Assembly: GCA_000091205.1 (NCBI GenBank) | Contig: AP006489.2 | DNA from: Cyanidioschyzon merolae | Lineage: Eukaryota | Reading direction: 5' to 3' (one strand) | Length of the DNA: 64,000 bases | In this document: positions 32,236 to 43,215 of the stretch, piece by piece | Position numbering within the stretch: the first letter of the stretch is position 1 | Layout: every line of letters begins with the position of its first letter | Made by a program: the position numbers and the translations under genes | Notes under the pieces: generated by a model | Told to the model about the DNA's origin: nothing | Database searches by the model: none | What the model saw: the letters and a program-made list of their open reading frames with translations, nothing else

Positions 32236-35200
32236 ATGCCGCCACGTAAGCGCAGGACAACTGAGCTTGAACGTTTGGGCGTGCACCTCGAGGAAAGCGT
32301 GTCGGACGCTGTACCCGTGCGACGTCAGGTGCGATCACGGACGACGGAACGTGTTCGCGGAGGCCGGCACGATGATGAAACAACGGAGCAGGTGCATTTG
32401 ACGGGGTCAGACACATCGGATACACAGAAGCAGCCAAAGCCTATGCCAGTTCAGCAGAAGCAGCCCAGAGCTGCCGTATTGCAGACGCCGAAAGAAACGC
32501 TTTCCGAGCAGCTTGATCGTGCGCTATCTCCGTTGCTCCCGTTTCTCTCTTGGCCTCTGCATGATTCGAAAGATTCTGAACTTGAAGATGCGCACTGGCA
32601 AGCCCAGCTGGAAGCCGCTGCGACCCAAACTGAGCATTTCGTGGAAGAGCTGGGAAAAGATGCGTCCCATGAATCAGGAATTGACGCAGCACTCGCCCAG
32701 GCGCTCTGGTGTCTCTATCTCGCGAGCGCTAGCTCTTTTGAAGCAGAACCCAAGCGCAGCGTCGTGACTTGGCCAGATGTCGCACGAACGCGGTGGACCC
32801 AGCTCCTGCGGCGCCTTCTGCATCGGAACTTGCTTAGCAAGGCGGTTCTCGTGCGTTGGCTCCCGCCTGAGAGCTGGCAACAAACCGGTTTGGTGAGCGA
32901 GCTCGACGAGCCGGCACAGTGGACGCGGTCAGTGCGGCGACTTCATACCCGAATACATTACACTCAACCAGTGTACCAGGTTTTCCGGGAACAGCCGCTA
33001 GGTTTTGCAAGTCTGCTCAGTGCTTTCACAATCTGGATGGAAAACGCAGATGCCTTTTCTACTGACACCAAACTAGACGCATCGAGCAACATGAAACCCG
33101 ATCACGCCCTAGATGCGATCGTTAACGAGCATCTATCGACTTTTCACATAGAAACAAACCGAGCATACGACTTGGGCATCCAAATGCTGATCGCTATCCA
33201 TGAATGGAAACTGCGGCAGCATCGAAAGGCTGCACTGCTCAACTCGGGGCCTGCGGCTGGCCCTGGAGCTGAACTGCCGCAGCCACGAACGCCAGAGGAG
33301 CAGCAGCAGCAGCAGCAACGGCACTCGCTGCCCGATTCCGGTGTCTGTATCCGTTGCCGGACGCTAGTCGAGATCGAACAGGCCTTGATCAACTGGCTAC
33401 GAGGTGTCCCGTCTCGTAACGCTGCGCAGCTCTTGGGGTTCCGGCTCCAGCAGCTGCAGTCCGCTGCGGCCTGTGTGACGTACCAAAAAGCGGTGCCCGA
33501 AGAGCGCCTACCGGAGGCAGTGTTTCTGGTGGCCGCACGTCTCATTCACGAGAGAATCGTCTCACTGGAACAGCTGTGGCCTCATGTGGTGAACGCGGAT
33601 TATGAGGACGCCGCCACCGTCGGAACTGACGCAACGCTAGCAACGAGTGGGCAGACATCGACAACCGCGTCGCCACCGCCAAAACGAAACACTGCTGCAG
33701 ATGCGCGTTCAGCGAGAGCAGCGCCCATAGACCCAGCGAGCGCTGTCCAAAGCAAGCCCTGGGATGAGCTGGGAGCCTTCATCACTGCCCAAACGAAAGC
33801 ACTTGCGCGCGTGCGCCTGGTTGAACGCGACTGCAGCAGAGAGCAGGCGTCAGCATCGGAGCGGGGTTCGCAGGCATCAGCGGCTACGGCCTCGCGCGAG
33901 ACAGACAACGCTACCAAAGCGGTCGACGCCGTCTACGATGCCCTGAGCATGCGAGGCATTCTTGCACCAATAGCTGGCGAACTTGCTCTCTTGGCTGCAC
34001 TGATCGACTATGATGAGTTGCATCTGGTCGAAACCTGGATCCAGCGTGTGTGGCTGGCAGACCTGACCGAGAACGCTACCCTTTGGCACTGCCGGCGGGA
34101 GCTTGTCTACGCAGCTGCTCCGCTTCGATATGCCCTGTTTGCCTACATCATGCGTCATATTAGTCAAGTTACGGGAAACGGATCCCGCGTCGTGATGGCG
34201 ACCGGCGCTGACGCTGCCGCGGCTGAGCCCAGCGACGAGAACAACCATGCCAACGACACCAGAGCACTGCTTCTTCGTGTTTGGCGCCTGCTCGGTGGTC
34301 ATCTCGTTCAGCGTCCGGAGCTTTTCAAGGCGATGTGGTCTATTGTGAGCAGTACGAGAGCAGTGAAGCGTGCTGATCCTGCTGTTGATGCGCATGAAGC
34401 ACAGGTAGATTCCACAGTATCCGCCTTCTGGGCGGGTGACGGAATTCTTCCTTGCTCGCCTCTACTTGCTGTGCTGTTCTCCCAGGGGAGCGCGGCGGTT
34501 CCAGGTTGGCTCTTCGGAGATGCTAACGCTGCACTTTCCTCGCTGCCCTATGCCTACCGTTATGCTTTGTACCTGAATGCCTGTGCGACCTGCGTGCGTC
34601 TTTCGAGCTCAGCTGAGCCACGTGCTTCCGTACTGATCCCGTTCTGGCATGCCCTGTACCGAAGCATGAGTCGACGTCTGCTACGTCGACTCGCCGGCGA
34701 TACGATTGGTTACATTGCCAAGTCGCTCGAGCCGATGCTCTACAGTGAACCGTGGGCTGTAGCGCGCATCATCCTGGACCAAGTTCAAAGCTACGATAAC
34801 CTCGTGGAGCCTGTTGTGGAGATGCTTATGTGGCTGTTGCGAGCTCGGACGGACCTCAGTTCCGCCTCAGACGGGGAGCGAGTGCATGCGCTCGCTTTCG
34901 CGCTCGATGTCTTCTTCGCGCTGTTCGTCGAGGAATTAGCGGGATCTGCACAGAACGGAACCCAAAGACCTCGCATTCGCTCTCAAGAAAGCGGTGGCAG
35001 TCTGGCGAGCTGGTTCCTCAACACCATTGAACTCGTTGTACAGCTCAGTCGGCGCATGGTAGAGCACCTTGCTGCACTTTTGCCGTCAAATGAGAACGAG
35101 ATCCATGGCTACGAAAGCGTCGATCCGGCGTTCACTCTGCAGCAAGTGCTGCAGGACTGCTGGCGTGCGCTCTTACAGCTGGCTGAAAGGCGCATCATCC

Positions 35201-37254
35201 GGGGTGATTACGCATTCTACGCGCTCATTCAGCGAGCCCTGGAATGCATGGGCGGCATTCAACCATGGGATGATGAGATGCTCAACAACAGTGGTCTAGA
35301 ATCGCTGGCAAGGCCAGCGATTGAGCAGCCAACAAACGCCGAGACATGGCGTTTCCTGCAGACGGTGTTTGAGCCAGAGACGGCAGACGCAAGCTCCCCT
35401 ACGCTTGCGCTGCTCGTGGCACTCGACGCTGCCAAACATGAGTTGCTCCAGGAACTCGCGGCTGGCAAGTGGCCGCTGCGGACGGCTACCGTGCTTCTAG
35501 ATGCCCTGCATGCGACTTTTCTCCAACTGGCCAGTTTCGGAGAGAGGCAGCGCGCGGCCTCGACAACGGTGACACAGTTGTCTAGTACAGAATCTGCATC
35601 GACCTGTTCCGCTGAACGTTCATCATCTGCACCGAGTCTGGGTCTCGAGAAAATCGGCGACTCACTTTGCATGGAAAGTTTCCTGTGCTTGTGTCGCATG
35701 TGGGGATACAGTCGTCCGTCGGCACCACTGGCCGAAACATCTCGAGTCGACGTGCTTGAGCGGCGGCTTGGCGTTATGATAGCTGAAGCCGACACTCACC
35801 ATCAAGATCGCTTGCGCAAAGCCGGGGTCGCGAGCTTTGCCGAGCTCGTCTCGCTTGAATGGCTTCACGCTTTCTGGCGCAATGAACAGCCGCCCGACGG
35901 CCCGAAGTCCTGCGCCTTGGGCACGCGACCGTTTGACGACATCGTCAACGCGGAGAACGACCCCGAGCAGCGGAATATGCGCATACAGATTGTTGCCGAG
36001 TTTCTCCTCGAGCGCTGCTTCCTGCCGTGGGTCCTGATGAAGCCAGCTGCCTACAACAGTGCCATTGCGTGGATAGAGTTGCTTGCGCAGGATCCAAATC
36101 CGACGCCCTTCAATGTGCTGCTCCTGCTTACACTTCTTTTCAAGACAGCTTTTCTGCAGATCGTGGGTATGACCCGCCTAGAGTGCATTCGCCTCGCTCG
36201 CTTCGTGCGTCAGGCGCTGCGTCTCACGGATCGATGGCTTCGATACGGACCCGATGCGTGGCAAAGATATCGCTGTTCCAGGGTGACTTTTCAGGGGCGT
36301 GGCGGTACTCCGTGTCAATGGGCGCAGTACGTCCTCTGGCACGGAATCATGCGCGAAAAGATGCTCAACACAGTCTGTGAAGCGCTGGAGAAGCTGCCCG
36401 AGTCGCTGGTTCACGATCCCTCAATGCAGGACGCTAACGCGGGGTCGCCGCTCCTGTCCACGACGACGGCAAGCGCACCAGGCCCCCAGGATGCGCCATC
36501 CCGAACCGATTCGTTGGAAGAGCACCGCCACATGACGCTGGGCAATATGTTGCGGGCGTTGAACGTTATGGTAGAAGAGTTCCCGTCGCGTAACCAGACT
36601 GCTTCTGAACGTATGGAAAAGGCACTAACCAAACTAATCGAGCACGAGCAGAACGCGACCGAGGATCAACAGCACACCGATATCCTGACGCTCGCAACAA
36701 GCTACCTGGGCCACCTCCGCAGTCGTCAGCGTTGCGCCGCGGCTCGCCAGCGGGCAACAGCGCCACCCGCAGCGAGCAGTGTACCGGCCACGTCCCGTAT
36801 GGGATCCAAGGAGCGCGCCACAAACGGCGCGCTCATCGAGAAAGCGTCGTCCAAGCACCTAGATGTGTCCACAGAGGCTGCGGCCGCTACGCATCAGCCG
36901 GACAGTCGTCACAAGACAGCGCCCGATCACCAAACCGGGGCGGCAGCGCAGCGGCGCTCTGACGAGACGCCCCAGCGCAACCCTGATGGGCGTCGTCCAC
37001 AGCGCGGAGCCCGCACATCGAGGCCTTCGAGGGTGCGGCATTGGCGCGGCAGCGGCGCCCAAGCGCGGAGTCGAGTCACCGCACTAGCGCTCGCGGGAAC
37101 CAGCTGGACCCAAAGGACGTATCACAGGCTCGTGCTGCTGCGTCGACGGCATCACAGCGTCCACACATGCGCCAAGCGCGGTCGCAACCTAGTGGAGCTC
37201 CTTACGACACCGCTGAAGACAGCAGTAGTTGGAAAGGCTCTCGGAGGACCCTAG
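32236..37254 (+). CDS. THO complex subunit 2 (Tho2/THOC2)-like, 1672 aa
   Basis: Size matches. The block 'RRLAGDTIGYIAKSLEPMLYSEPWAVARIILDQVQSYDNLVEPVVEMLMWLL' parallels the THOC2 conserved core '...[39 protein letters not shown]'. The basic, low-complexity C-terminal tail is typical of THOC2. (CAG)n at about 33300 encodes poly-Q. Confidence 0.65.
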   Translation: MPPRKRRTTELERLGVHLEESVSDAVPVRRQVRSRTTERVRGGRHDDETTEQVHLTGSDTSDTQKQPKPMPVQQKQPRAAVLQTPKETLSEQLDRALSPLLPFLSWPLHDSKDSELEDAHWQAQLEAAATQTEHFVEELGKDASHESGIDAALAQALWCLYLASASSFEAEPKRSVVTWPDVARTRWTQLLRRLLHRNLLSKAVLVRWLPPESWQQTGLVSELDEPAQWTRSVRRLHTRIHYTQPVYQVFREQPLGFASLLSAFTIWMENADAFSTDTKLDASSNMKPDHALDAIVNEHLSTFHIETNRAYDLGIQMLIAIHEWKLRQHRKAALLNSGPAAGPGAELPQPRTPEEQQQQQQRHSLPDSGVCIRCRTLVEIEQALINWLRGVPSRNAAQLLGFRLQQLQSAAACVTYQKAVPEERLPEAVFLVAARLIHERIVSLEQLWPHVVNADYEDAATVGTDATLATSGQTSTTASPPPKRNTAADARSARAAPIDPASAVQSKPWDELGAFITAQTKALARVRLVERDCSREQASASERGSQASAATASRETDNATKAVDAVYDALSMRGILAPIAGELALLAALIDYDELHLVETWIQRVWLADLTENATLWHCRRELVYAAAPLRYALFAYIMRHISQVTGNGSRVVMATGADAAAAEPSDENNHANDTRALLLRVWRLLGGHLVQRPELFKAMWSIVSSTRAVKRADPAVDAHEAQVDSTVSAFWAGDGILPCSPLLAVLFSQGSAAVPGWLFGDANAALSSLPYAYRYALYLNACATCVRLSSSAEPRASVLIPFWHALYRSMSRRLLRRLAGDTIGYIAKSLEPMLYSEPWAVARIILDQVQSYDNLVEPVVEMLMWLLRARTDLSSASDGERVHALAFALDVFFALFVEELAGSAQNGTQRPRIRSQESGGSLASWFLNTIELVVQLSRRMVEHLAALLPSNENEIHGYESVDPAFTLQQVLQDCWRALLQLAERRIIRGDYAFYALIQRALECMGGIQPWDDEMLNNSGLESLARPAIEQPTNAETWRFLQTVFEPETADASSPTLALLVALDAAKHELLQELAAGKWPLRTATVLLDALHATFLQLASFGERQRAASTTVTQLSSTESASTCSAERSSSAPSLGLEKIGDSLCMESFLCLCRMWGYSRPSAPLAETSRVDVLERRLGVMIAEADTHHQDRLRKAGVASFAELVSLEWLHAFWRNEQPPDGPKSCALGTRPFDDIVNAENDPEQRNMRIQIVAEFLLERCFLPWVLMKPAAYNSAIAWIELLAQDPNPTPFNVLLLLTLLFKTAFLQIVGMTRLECIRLARFVRQALRLTDRWLRYGPDAWQRYRCSRVTFQGRGGTPCQWAQYVLWHGIMREKMLNTVCEALEKLPESLVHDPSMQDANAGSPLLSTTTASAPGPQDAPSRTDSLEEHRHMTLGNMLRALNVMVEEFPSRNQTASERMEKALTKLIEHEQNATEDQQHTDILTLATSYLGHLRSRQRCAAARQRATAPPAASSVPATSRMGSKERATNGALIEKASSKHLDVSTEAAAATHQPDSRHKTAPDHQTGAAAQRRSDETPQRNPDGRRPQRGARTSRPSRVRHWRGSGAQARSRVTALALAGTSWTQRTYHRLVLLRRRHHSVHTCAKRGRNLVELLTTPLKTAVVGKALGGP

Positions 37255-37461
37255 CGACGCAGCACACCGGCAACGAAGCCGAGCGTCACCAGCAAGCTCC
37301 TTCGAGCGAAACCTCAACGAGTCATCGAATGCAGGCATTCTTCCAACGCGCCCAAGCCCGTTAGGCTGCTCGAGACGTGCTGAAACCGAGGATTTATTGC
37401 CGACGTGAGAGAGAAAGTTCACCAGGACACGTGTCGATGCACGCATGCACGCATGCATGCC

Positions 37462-39345
37462 ACCAGGAAGCATCTGGAAGCGCATTGTTCAGCTGCATGT
37501 CAGTGATGCACATGCATAAACGGACGTATGCATACGTACGAACAGGAAGCATCTGGAAGCGCATTGTTCAGCTGCGTGTCAGTGATGCACGTGCATAAAC
37601 GGGCGTATGCATACGTACGAACAGGAAGCATCTGGAAGCGCATTGTTCAGCTGCGTGTCAGTGATGCACGTGCATAAACGGGCGTATGCATACGTACGAA
37701 CAGGAAGCATCTGGAAGCGCATTGTTCAGCTGCATGTCAGTGATGCACATGCATAAACGGACGTATGCATACGTACGAACAGGAAGCATCTGGAAGCGCA
37801 TTGTTCAGCTGCGTGTCAGTGATGCACATGCATAAACGGACGTATGCATACGTACGAACAGGAAGCATCTGGAAGCGCATTGTTCAGCTGCGTGTCAGTG
37901 ATGCACATGCATAAACGGACGTATGCATACGTACGAACAGGAAGCATCTGGAAGCGCATTGTTCAGCTGCGTGTCAGTGATGCACGTGCATAAACGGGCG
38001 TATGCATACGTACGAACAGGAAGCATCTGGAAGCGCATTGTTCAGCTGCGTGTCAGTGATGCACGTGCATAAACGGGCGTATGCATACGTACGAACAGGA
38101 AGCATCTGGAAGCGCATTGTTCAGCTGCGTGTCAGTGATGCACGTGCATAAACGGGCGTATGCATACGTACGAACAGGAAGCATCTGGAAGCGCATTGTT
38201 CAGCTGCGTGTCAGTGATGCACGTGCATAAACGGGCGTATGCATACGTACGAACAGGAAGCATCTGGAAGCGCATTGTTCAGCTGCATGTCAGTGATGCA
38301 CATGCATAAACGGACGTATGCATACGTACGAACAGGAAGCATCTGGAAGCGCATTGTTCAGCTGCGTGTCAGTGATGCACATGCATAAACGGACGTATGC
38401 ATACGTACGAACAGGAAGCATCTGGAAGCGCATTGTTCAGCTGCGTGTCAGTGATGCACATGCATAAACGGACGTATGCATACGTACGAACAGGAAGCAT
38501 CTGGAAGCGCATTGTTCAGCTGCGTGTCAGTGATGCACATGCATAAACGGGCGTATGCATACGTACGAACAGGAAGCATCTGGAAGCGCATTGTTCAGCT
38601 GCGTGTCAGTGATGCACATGCATAAACGGGCGTATGCATACGTACGAACAGGAAGCATCTGGAAGCGCATTGTTCAGCTGCGTGTCAGTGATGCACGTGC
38701 ATAAACGGGCGTATGCATACGTACGAACAGGAAGCATCTGGAAGCGCATTGTTCAGCTGCGTGTCAGTGATGCACGTGCATAAACGGGCGTATGCATACG
38801 TACGAACAGGAAGCATCTGGAAGCGCATTGTTCAGCTGCGTGTCAGTGATGCACGTGCATAAACGGGCGTATGCATACGTACGAACAGGAAGCATCTGGA
38901 AGCGCATTGTTCAGCTGCATGTCAGTGATGCACATGCATAAACGGACGTATGCATACGTACGAACAGGAAGCATCTGGAAGCGCATTGTTCAGCTGCGTG
39001 TCAGTGATGCACATGCATAAACGGACGTATGCATACGTACGAACAGGAAGCATCTGGAAGCGCATTGTTCAGCTGCGTGTCAGTGATGCACATGCATAAA
39101 CGGGCGTATGCATACGTACGAACAGGAAGCATCTGGAAGCGCATTGTTCAGCTGCATGTCAGTGATGCACATGCATAAACGGACGTATGCATACGTACGA
39201 ACAGGAAGCATCTGGAAGCGCATTGTTCAGCTGCGTGTCAGTGATGCACATGCATAAACGGACGTATGCATACGTACGACCAGGAAGCATCTGGAAGCGC
39301 ATTGTTCAGCTGCGTGTCAGTGATGCACATGCATAAACGGACGTC
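37462..39345. repeat. 79-bp tandem satellite, about 24 units
   Basis: Unit 'gaacaggaagcatctggaagcgcattgttcagctgc(a/g)tgtcagtgatgcac(a/g)tgcataaacgg(a/g)cgtatgcatacgtac'. The period of 79 was measured between 37541 and 37620. Three SNP positions define unit types that recur in blocks, giving a higher-order structure. It occupies the gap between the convergent THOC2 and COPB1 3' ends. Confidence 0.95.
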
Positions 39346-39567
39346 AAGTTCCCAAAGCAAGCTCTCATCAATAAACAGACGCACAAGAGGGCTTGGCGCA
39401 AGTGCCTCAATGTTGCCGATACCAGCGTTGGCAGTTGGGGCAGGTGCCGGCATCCCGCACTTTGGATGCGCCCAGCGTTTCACGTCCAACGCGAGCTGTG
39501 CGATCGCGAGCACGAGAAGGCTTCAAGTGTCCATTACTAGGCGAGATGCCGTATTAAGATGCATACT

Positions 39568-42500
39568 TTAGACCATGGCGTCAACAAGCGACGCGGTTTG
39601 GCCAAGTCGCTCACCAAGCGACAAGGCAAGCCCCTGGGTCTTGCTCCGGATCCGAACCGTGCCCTGGATCGTGCCATCTGCAAGGCGCTCTGCGCTGAGA
39701 TTCGCCAGCACATGCTCGCCAAAGACACTCGTTGCGTACAGGTTTGCGGCCAAAAAACCGCTCTTGTTGTTCGCATGGCGCGGGCTCTGACAACGCATGT
39801 GCAACGTCTCGGAAACGAGCGCAAGTACTGCGTCGAGGCTACCCAGCCGGGAACGGATCGTCACCTTATTCTCCCATTCAAACTCTTCCCACATACTGCA
39901 AAATAGAGCCTCGTTGATTTCGCTTGGTTGCAGGTACTCGATGACATCGAGATGGATTTCGTGCAGCGCTATCACACAACCGGAACCGTCTTCAACGCCG
40001 CTGTTTGCCGCTGAACGTCCATAGTCGAATACGAGATTGCCGAATATCACTCCCGTATCCGTCGACGACACTTTTAGTGCCACACGTATTTGTTTGGACT
40101 CGTGTGGCCCCAGGACCAGCGGACTCGGTCGCTCGCACAGTCGCAAATCGCCCAGCGTAAATAACTCGACGCATACGTTCTGCAACAGGTGCTCCGTTTG
40201 GTTCAGCAACCACAGGTCTAGGAGGATGTCGAACTGGTGCATGGTGATCTGTGCTTCCACGTAGACGGGATCGCTGAGCCCCGACAGCGCATGCAGGTGG
40301 CGCAGATGCAGGTCGCGCAGCGCGGCGCGACGTCTCTGGTCACCGCACGCCGCGAGTTCGATGTCGTCCACGTTCGGGTCTGTAGCGGGAACGACAGCGG
40401 CCGGTGTACCAGAACGGCCAAGCGCACCGATACTCGTAGCAAATTGCGCTCGTTGGCCTCGGTTCATCGCCATACTGCTAGCACGTCGCGCTTGGAGCAG
40501 TCGGAAATCAACGAGCGCCTCCACGGGGAGCTGCTCATCGAGGGCGCGCGCTTTGGCTTTAGCATCCTCGGAGGCGCGGTGGCGTTTCAGCATTTCACAA
40601 AATGCCAGATGAGAGCTCTCCAACCAAACGTGGTACGTGAGTGCATCGAGGCTGCCTTGCATGGCCTGAAGTAGCACCTGGAGGCATGATTGGATCCGCT
40701 GTGCTGTGTCCTCGTCGAGACGGGTGACGGTCTCCGCGTGCAGCCGATCCCGCCCGAGACGCAGCAGCGACGCGCCCAACAACAGCGCATAAGCCATCGC
40801 GCGGCGGCAGACCGCCGGGGTGCAATGCAGATCGGCGGCTTCCGACCTCACCTGACTGAGGCGCAGGGCGAGTTTCGTCAGCGCTGTCATAACAGAAACC
40901 CAAAGGAAGTGATCACCCTGCAACAACATGCGACGTAGTGCAGGCGTCGAGAGCGCATCCGCATCACGGAGCGTTACATAGCTACTGTCGCCGAGACTTA
41001 GCTCGCTGCCTTGAAACGCGTCCGCAGTCTCGGTTGCGTACGTTCCATCGGGGAGCACGCGCGGCCGCGACGACGTATTCGTCACCTTTTTGGAGCTGAT
41101 TGCTGTGCTGCTCATCGACGCCGACGCGCTCGTGGGCGTGGCTGACCATGCCCTATCCGCCAATTCTATGGGAGGCACCGCCATTTGCGAGTCCTCATGC
41201 TCAAGTTCAGTGGGAGCCAGCGCCTTGTCGCTGCCCGAACCTGTCAACGGCAGATGACCGATCTGCTGCGAAATAGCCGCAAACGCCTCCATGGCTTCGC
41301 TCGGCTTCGCACAAAACTCACAAAGTGTCCAAAGTACTCCACGAAAAACGCGGACAGCGCGAATCAGAGGTAGTGCAACCAGCAAATGCCGCAGCACGGG
41401 TTCGCGCATTTCCACATAGCGCTCACCGAGCTCTCGCAGAAACGAGACTACATCGAGTCCAGCGAGGCCAACTGCGTCTCCCATAAAATCCGTAAGTGTG
41501 CCCAGGATCTTCGCGGCAATTTCCGGATAATGAATTACGGACTGATGGATGGCTCGAATGAGCATCCGCCGATAGTTCAGCGCTGCATCGGAGGCAGAAT
41601 CCTCCGCGGAGATATTGTCCGCCAGTCGATGCAGCTCCTTGCGCAAAGCAGAGGCCACTTCCTCTACATTTCGAGGCCCGATCATGTCCATGACAAGATC
41701 AAGCACACGCTGCCGCACATGCAGGTCCGGGGCTGAGAGCGCTCGCAACAGTTCTGTGAGCTGTTCCTGAATGATCGGGGCGAAGTGTTGCCTCAGGTCT
41801 GTTATACGATCAAGCAAGATGAGCTTGACGTTATTGTCGCTCTGCGTCACAAGCAAGTTACAGTACGTCGATACGGCAGCACGAACAGCTGTAGGCGCTG
41901 CACTCAATCGGACCAGCACCTGCGCTGCCTCGAAAGCTACAGATGCATTCGATGACTGTAGCAATGCGAAAATGAGCTTCACGAACGTGCCTCTCTCCGC
42001 CAGTTCATCTGTTCGAAAGCGGCGCACAAGTTCTAGAGCGGCAAGCTGCATAGGTTCACTCCATGAAGGCAGCTGCTCAGCATGCTGGAGAAGGTATTTT
42101 GCAGCCTGACGTTGATCCGCCTGAATCAATACCAGGAACGCGTTCCTTCGGCAATTCTGATCGTTTTCGTTTTCCAGATATTGTACGATGTGCTCAGCTG
42201 CGTCAGGTATGAGCTGCGGGAAACGTCGCTGTATCGCACCGATTGCCAGCAGTGCGTTACGGCGAACGTAAGCGTGACGGTGTTCGAGGTTTTGCCGAAT
42301 AGCCGGCACGAGTGGCTCCAGTAACTCCGCCTCATTCAGCTTACAACAAAGACGTAGCGCGCAACCCCGCGAGTACTCATTCGGATGAATAAGCTCGTTT
42401 CGCAGTAAATTGCAGACCAAGATCATCTCTGGCAGCATCTTGCCGTCACGACCAGTCTTATCAACGATCTCGAGATAAATGAAACACAACTTTCGAAGCT

Positions 42501-43215
42501 GATTATCCTCGTTCGGTAAGACATATCGAATGACCGCCATGAGAAGCGAGCCTTGCTGCGTCGCAGGGATTTCACCGTTCAGCTGCATGAGAATGAGTAC
42601 GCGTAGCGTTATGACCTTATCTGCGACGTCGGTGGACTCCAGCCCCTGACGCAGATCGTTCACCGTCCAAGCGGCACCTTGGGCAGCGAGCTTCCGGATT
42701 CGCGACAGCCCGAGCCCCAATACAGACTCCACCAGACCATCCTCCCCAGTGGCTCCGTCCTCGGAACCGTCACCAGACTCATAGCCGTTGCTTGCTGCAG
42801 CAGTTGCCGCTGCCGCCGCCTCGGCAGCTGCCGAGAGCACGTTTCCGACGAAGCGTTCCACCTTGGCTAACGCGCTGCCTTGGATGCCTCCTATTCTGCT
42901 GAGGGACTCGCGGGATAAGGCAGCAGCTGTGGATCGAGCAGGAAGTTTGGTAAGCGCTACTGGTACCCCAGGCAGGGCACCCGCTTCAGCAACGTTCGCA
43001 TCAGACGCGGTCGGACCTTCCAGCGTGCTCTCCATAGCGCTGCCACCGAGACGCCGCTCGCCCAAGCTTGAGCGCAACAGAATCGGTACACCCTTCTCAT
43101 AACTGATCAAGAGTGTGCATTGCTTCTCCAAAGCGGTCGTCATCGCAAGGACTTGCCCCAGCCAGTGGACGTCGCAGAGCGTCGCTGAACGGTGCGTACA
43201 GCTGCTGTCCAGCAC
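39568..43215 (-). CDS. COPB1: coatomer subunit beta (COPB1)
   Basis: 'ITLRVLILMQLNGEIPATQQGSLLMAVIRYVLPNEDNQLRKLCFIYLEIVDKTGRDGKMLPEMILVCNLLRNELIHPNEYSRGCALRLCCKLNEAELLEPLVPAIRQNLEHRHAYVRRNALLAI...LIPDAAEHI' aligns block by block with COPB1. The likely true start is MTTALEKQCTLL (about 43143; compare human MTAAENVCYTLI). A roughly 130-aa Ala/Ser/Gly-rich insertion follows the N-terminus. Confidence 0.85.
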   Translation of the reverse strand: MLDSSCTHRSATLCDVHWLGQVLAMTTALEKQCTLLISYEKGVPILLRSSLGERRLGGSAMESTLEGPTASDANVAEAGALPGVPVALTKLPARSTAAALSRESLSRIGGIQGSALAKVERFVGNVLSAAAEAAAAATAAASNGYESGDGSEDGATGEDGLVESVLGLGLSRIRKLAAQGAAWTVNDLRQGLESTDVADKVITLRVLILMQLNGEIPATQQGSLLMAVIRYVLPNEDNQLRKLCFIYLEIVDKTGRDGKMLPEMILVCNLLRNELIHPNEYSRGCALRLCCKLNEAELLEPLVPAIRQNLEHRHAYVRRNALLAIGAIQRRFPQLIPDAAEHIVQYLENENDQNCRRNAFLVLIQADQRQAAKYLLQHAEQLPSWSEPMQLAALELVRRFRTDELAERGTFVKLIFALLQSSNASVAFEAAQVLVRLSAAPTAVRAAVSTYCNLLVTQSDNNVKLILLDRITDLRQHFAPIIQEQLTELLRALSAPDLHVRQRVLDLVMDMIGPRNVEEVASALRKELHRLADNISAEDSASDAALNYRRMLIRAIHQSVIHYPEIAAKILGTLTDFMGDAVGLAGLDVVSFLRELGERYVEMREPVLRHLLVALPLIRAVRVFRGVLWTLCEFCAKPSEAMEAFAAISQQIGHLPLTGSGSDKALAPTELEHEDSQMAVPPIELADRAWSATPTSASASMSSTAISSKKVTNTSSRPRVLPDGTYATETADAFQGSELSLGDSSYVTLRDADALSTPALRRMLLQGDHFLWVSVMTALTKLALRLSQVRSEAADLHCTPAVCRRAMAYALLLGASLLRLGRDRLHAETVTRLDEDTAQRIQSCLQVLLQAMQGSLDALTYHVWLESSHLAFCEMLKRHRASEDAKAKARALDEQLPVEALVDFRLLQARRASSMAMNRGQRAQFATSIGALGRSGTPAAVVPATDPNVDDIELAACGDQRRRAALRDLHLRHLHALSGLSDPVYVEAQITMHQFDILLDLWLLNQTEHLLQNVCVELFTLGDLRLCERPSPLVLGPHESKQIRVALKVSSTDTGVIFGNLVFDYGRSAANSGVEDGSGCVIALHEIHLDVIEYLQPSEINEALFCSMWEEFEWENKVTIRSRLGSLDAVLALVSETLHMRCQSPRHANNKSGFLAANLYATSVFGEHVLANLSAERLADGTIQGTVRIRSKTQGLALSLGERLGQTASLVDAMV

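Noticed and set aside
37462-39345. Regularly spaced 79-bp repeats could superficially suggest a CRISPR array
   Set aside because: Units are contiguous near-identical copies with no unique spacers. The locus is flanked by eukaryotic genes (THOC2, COPB1). It is a satellite.
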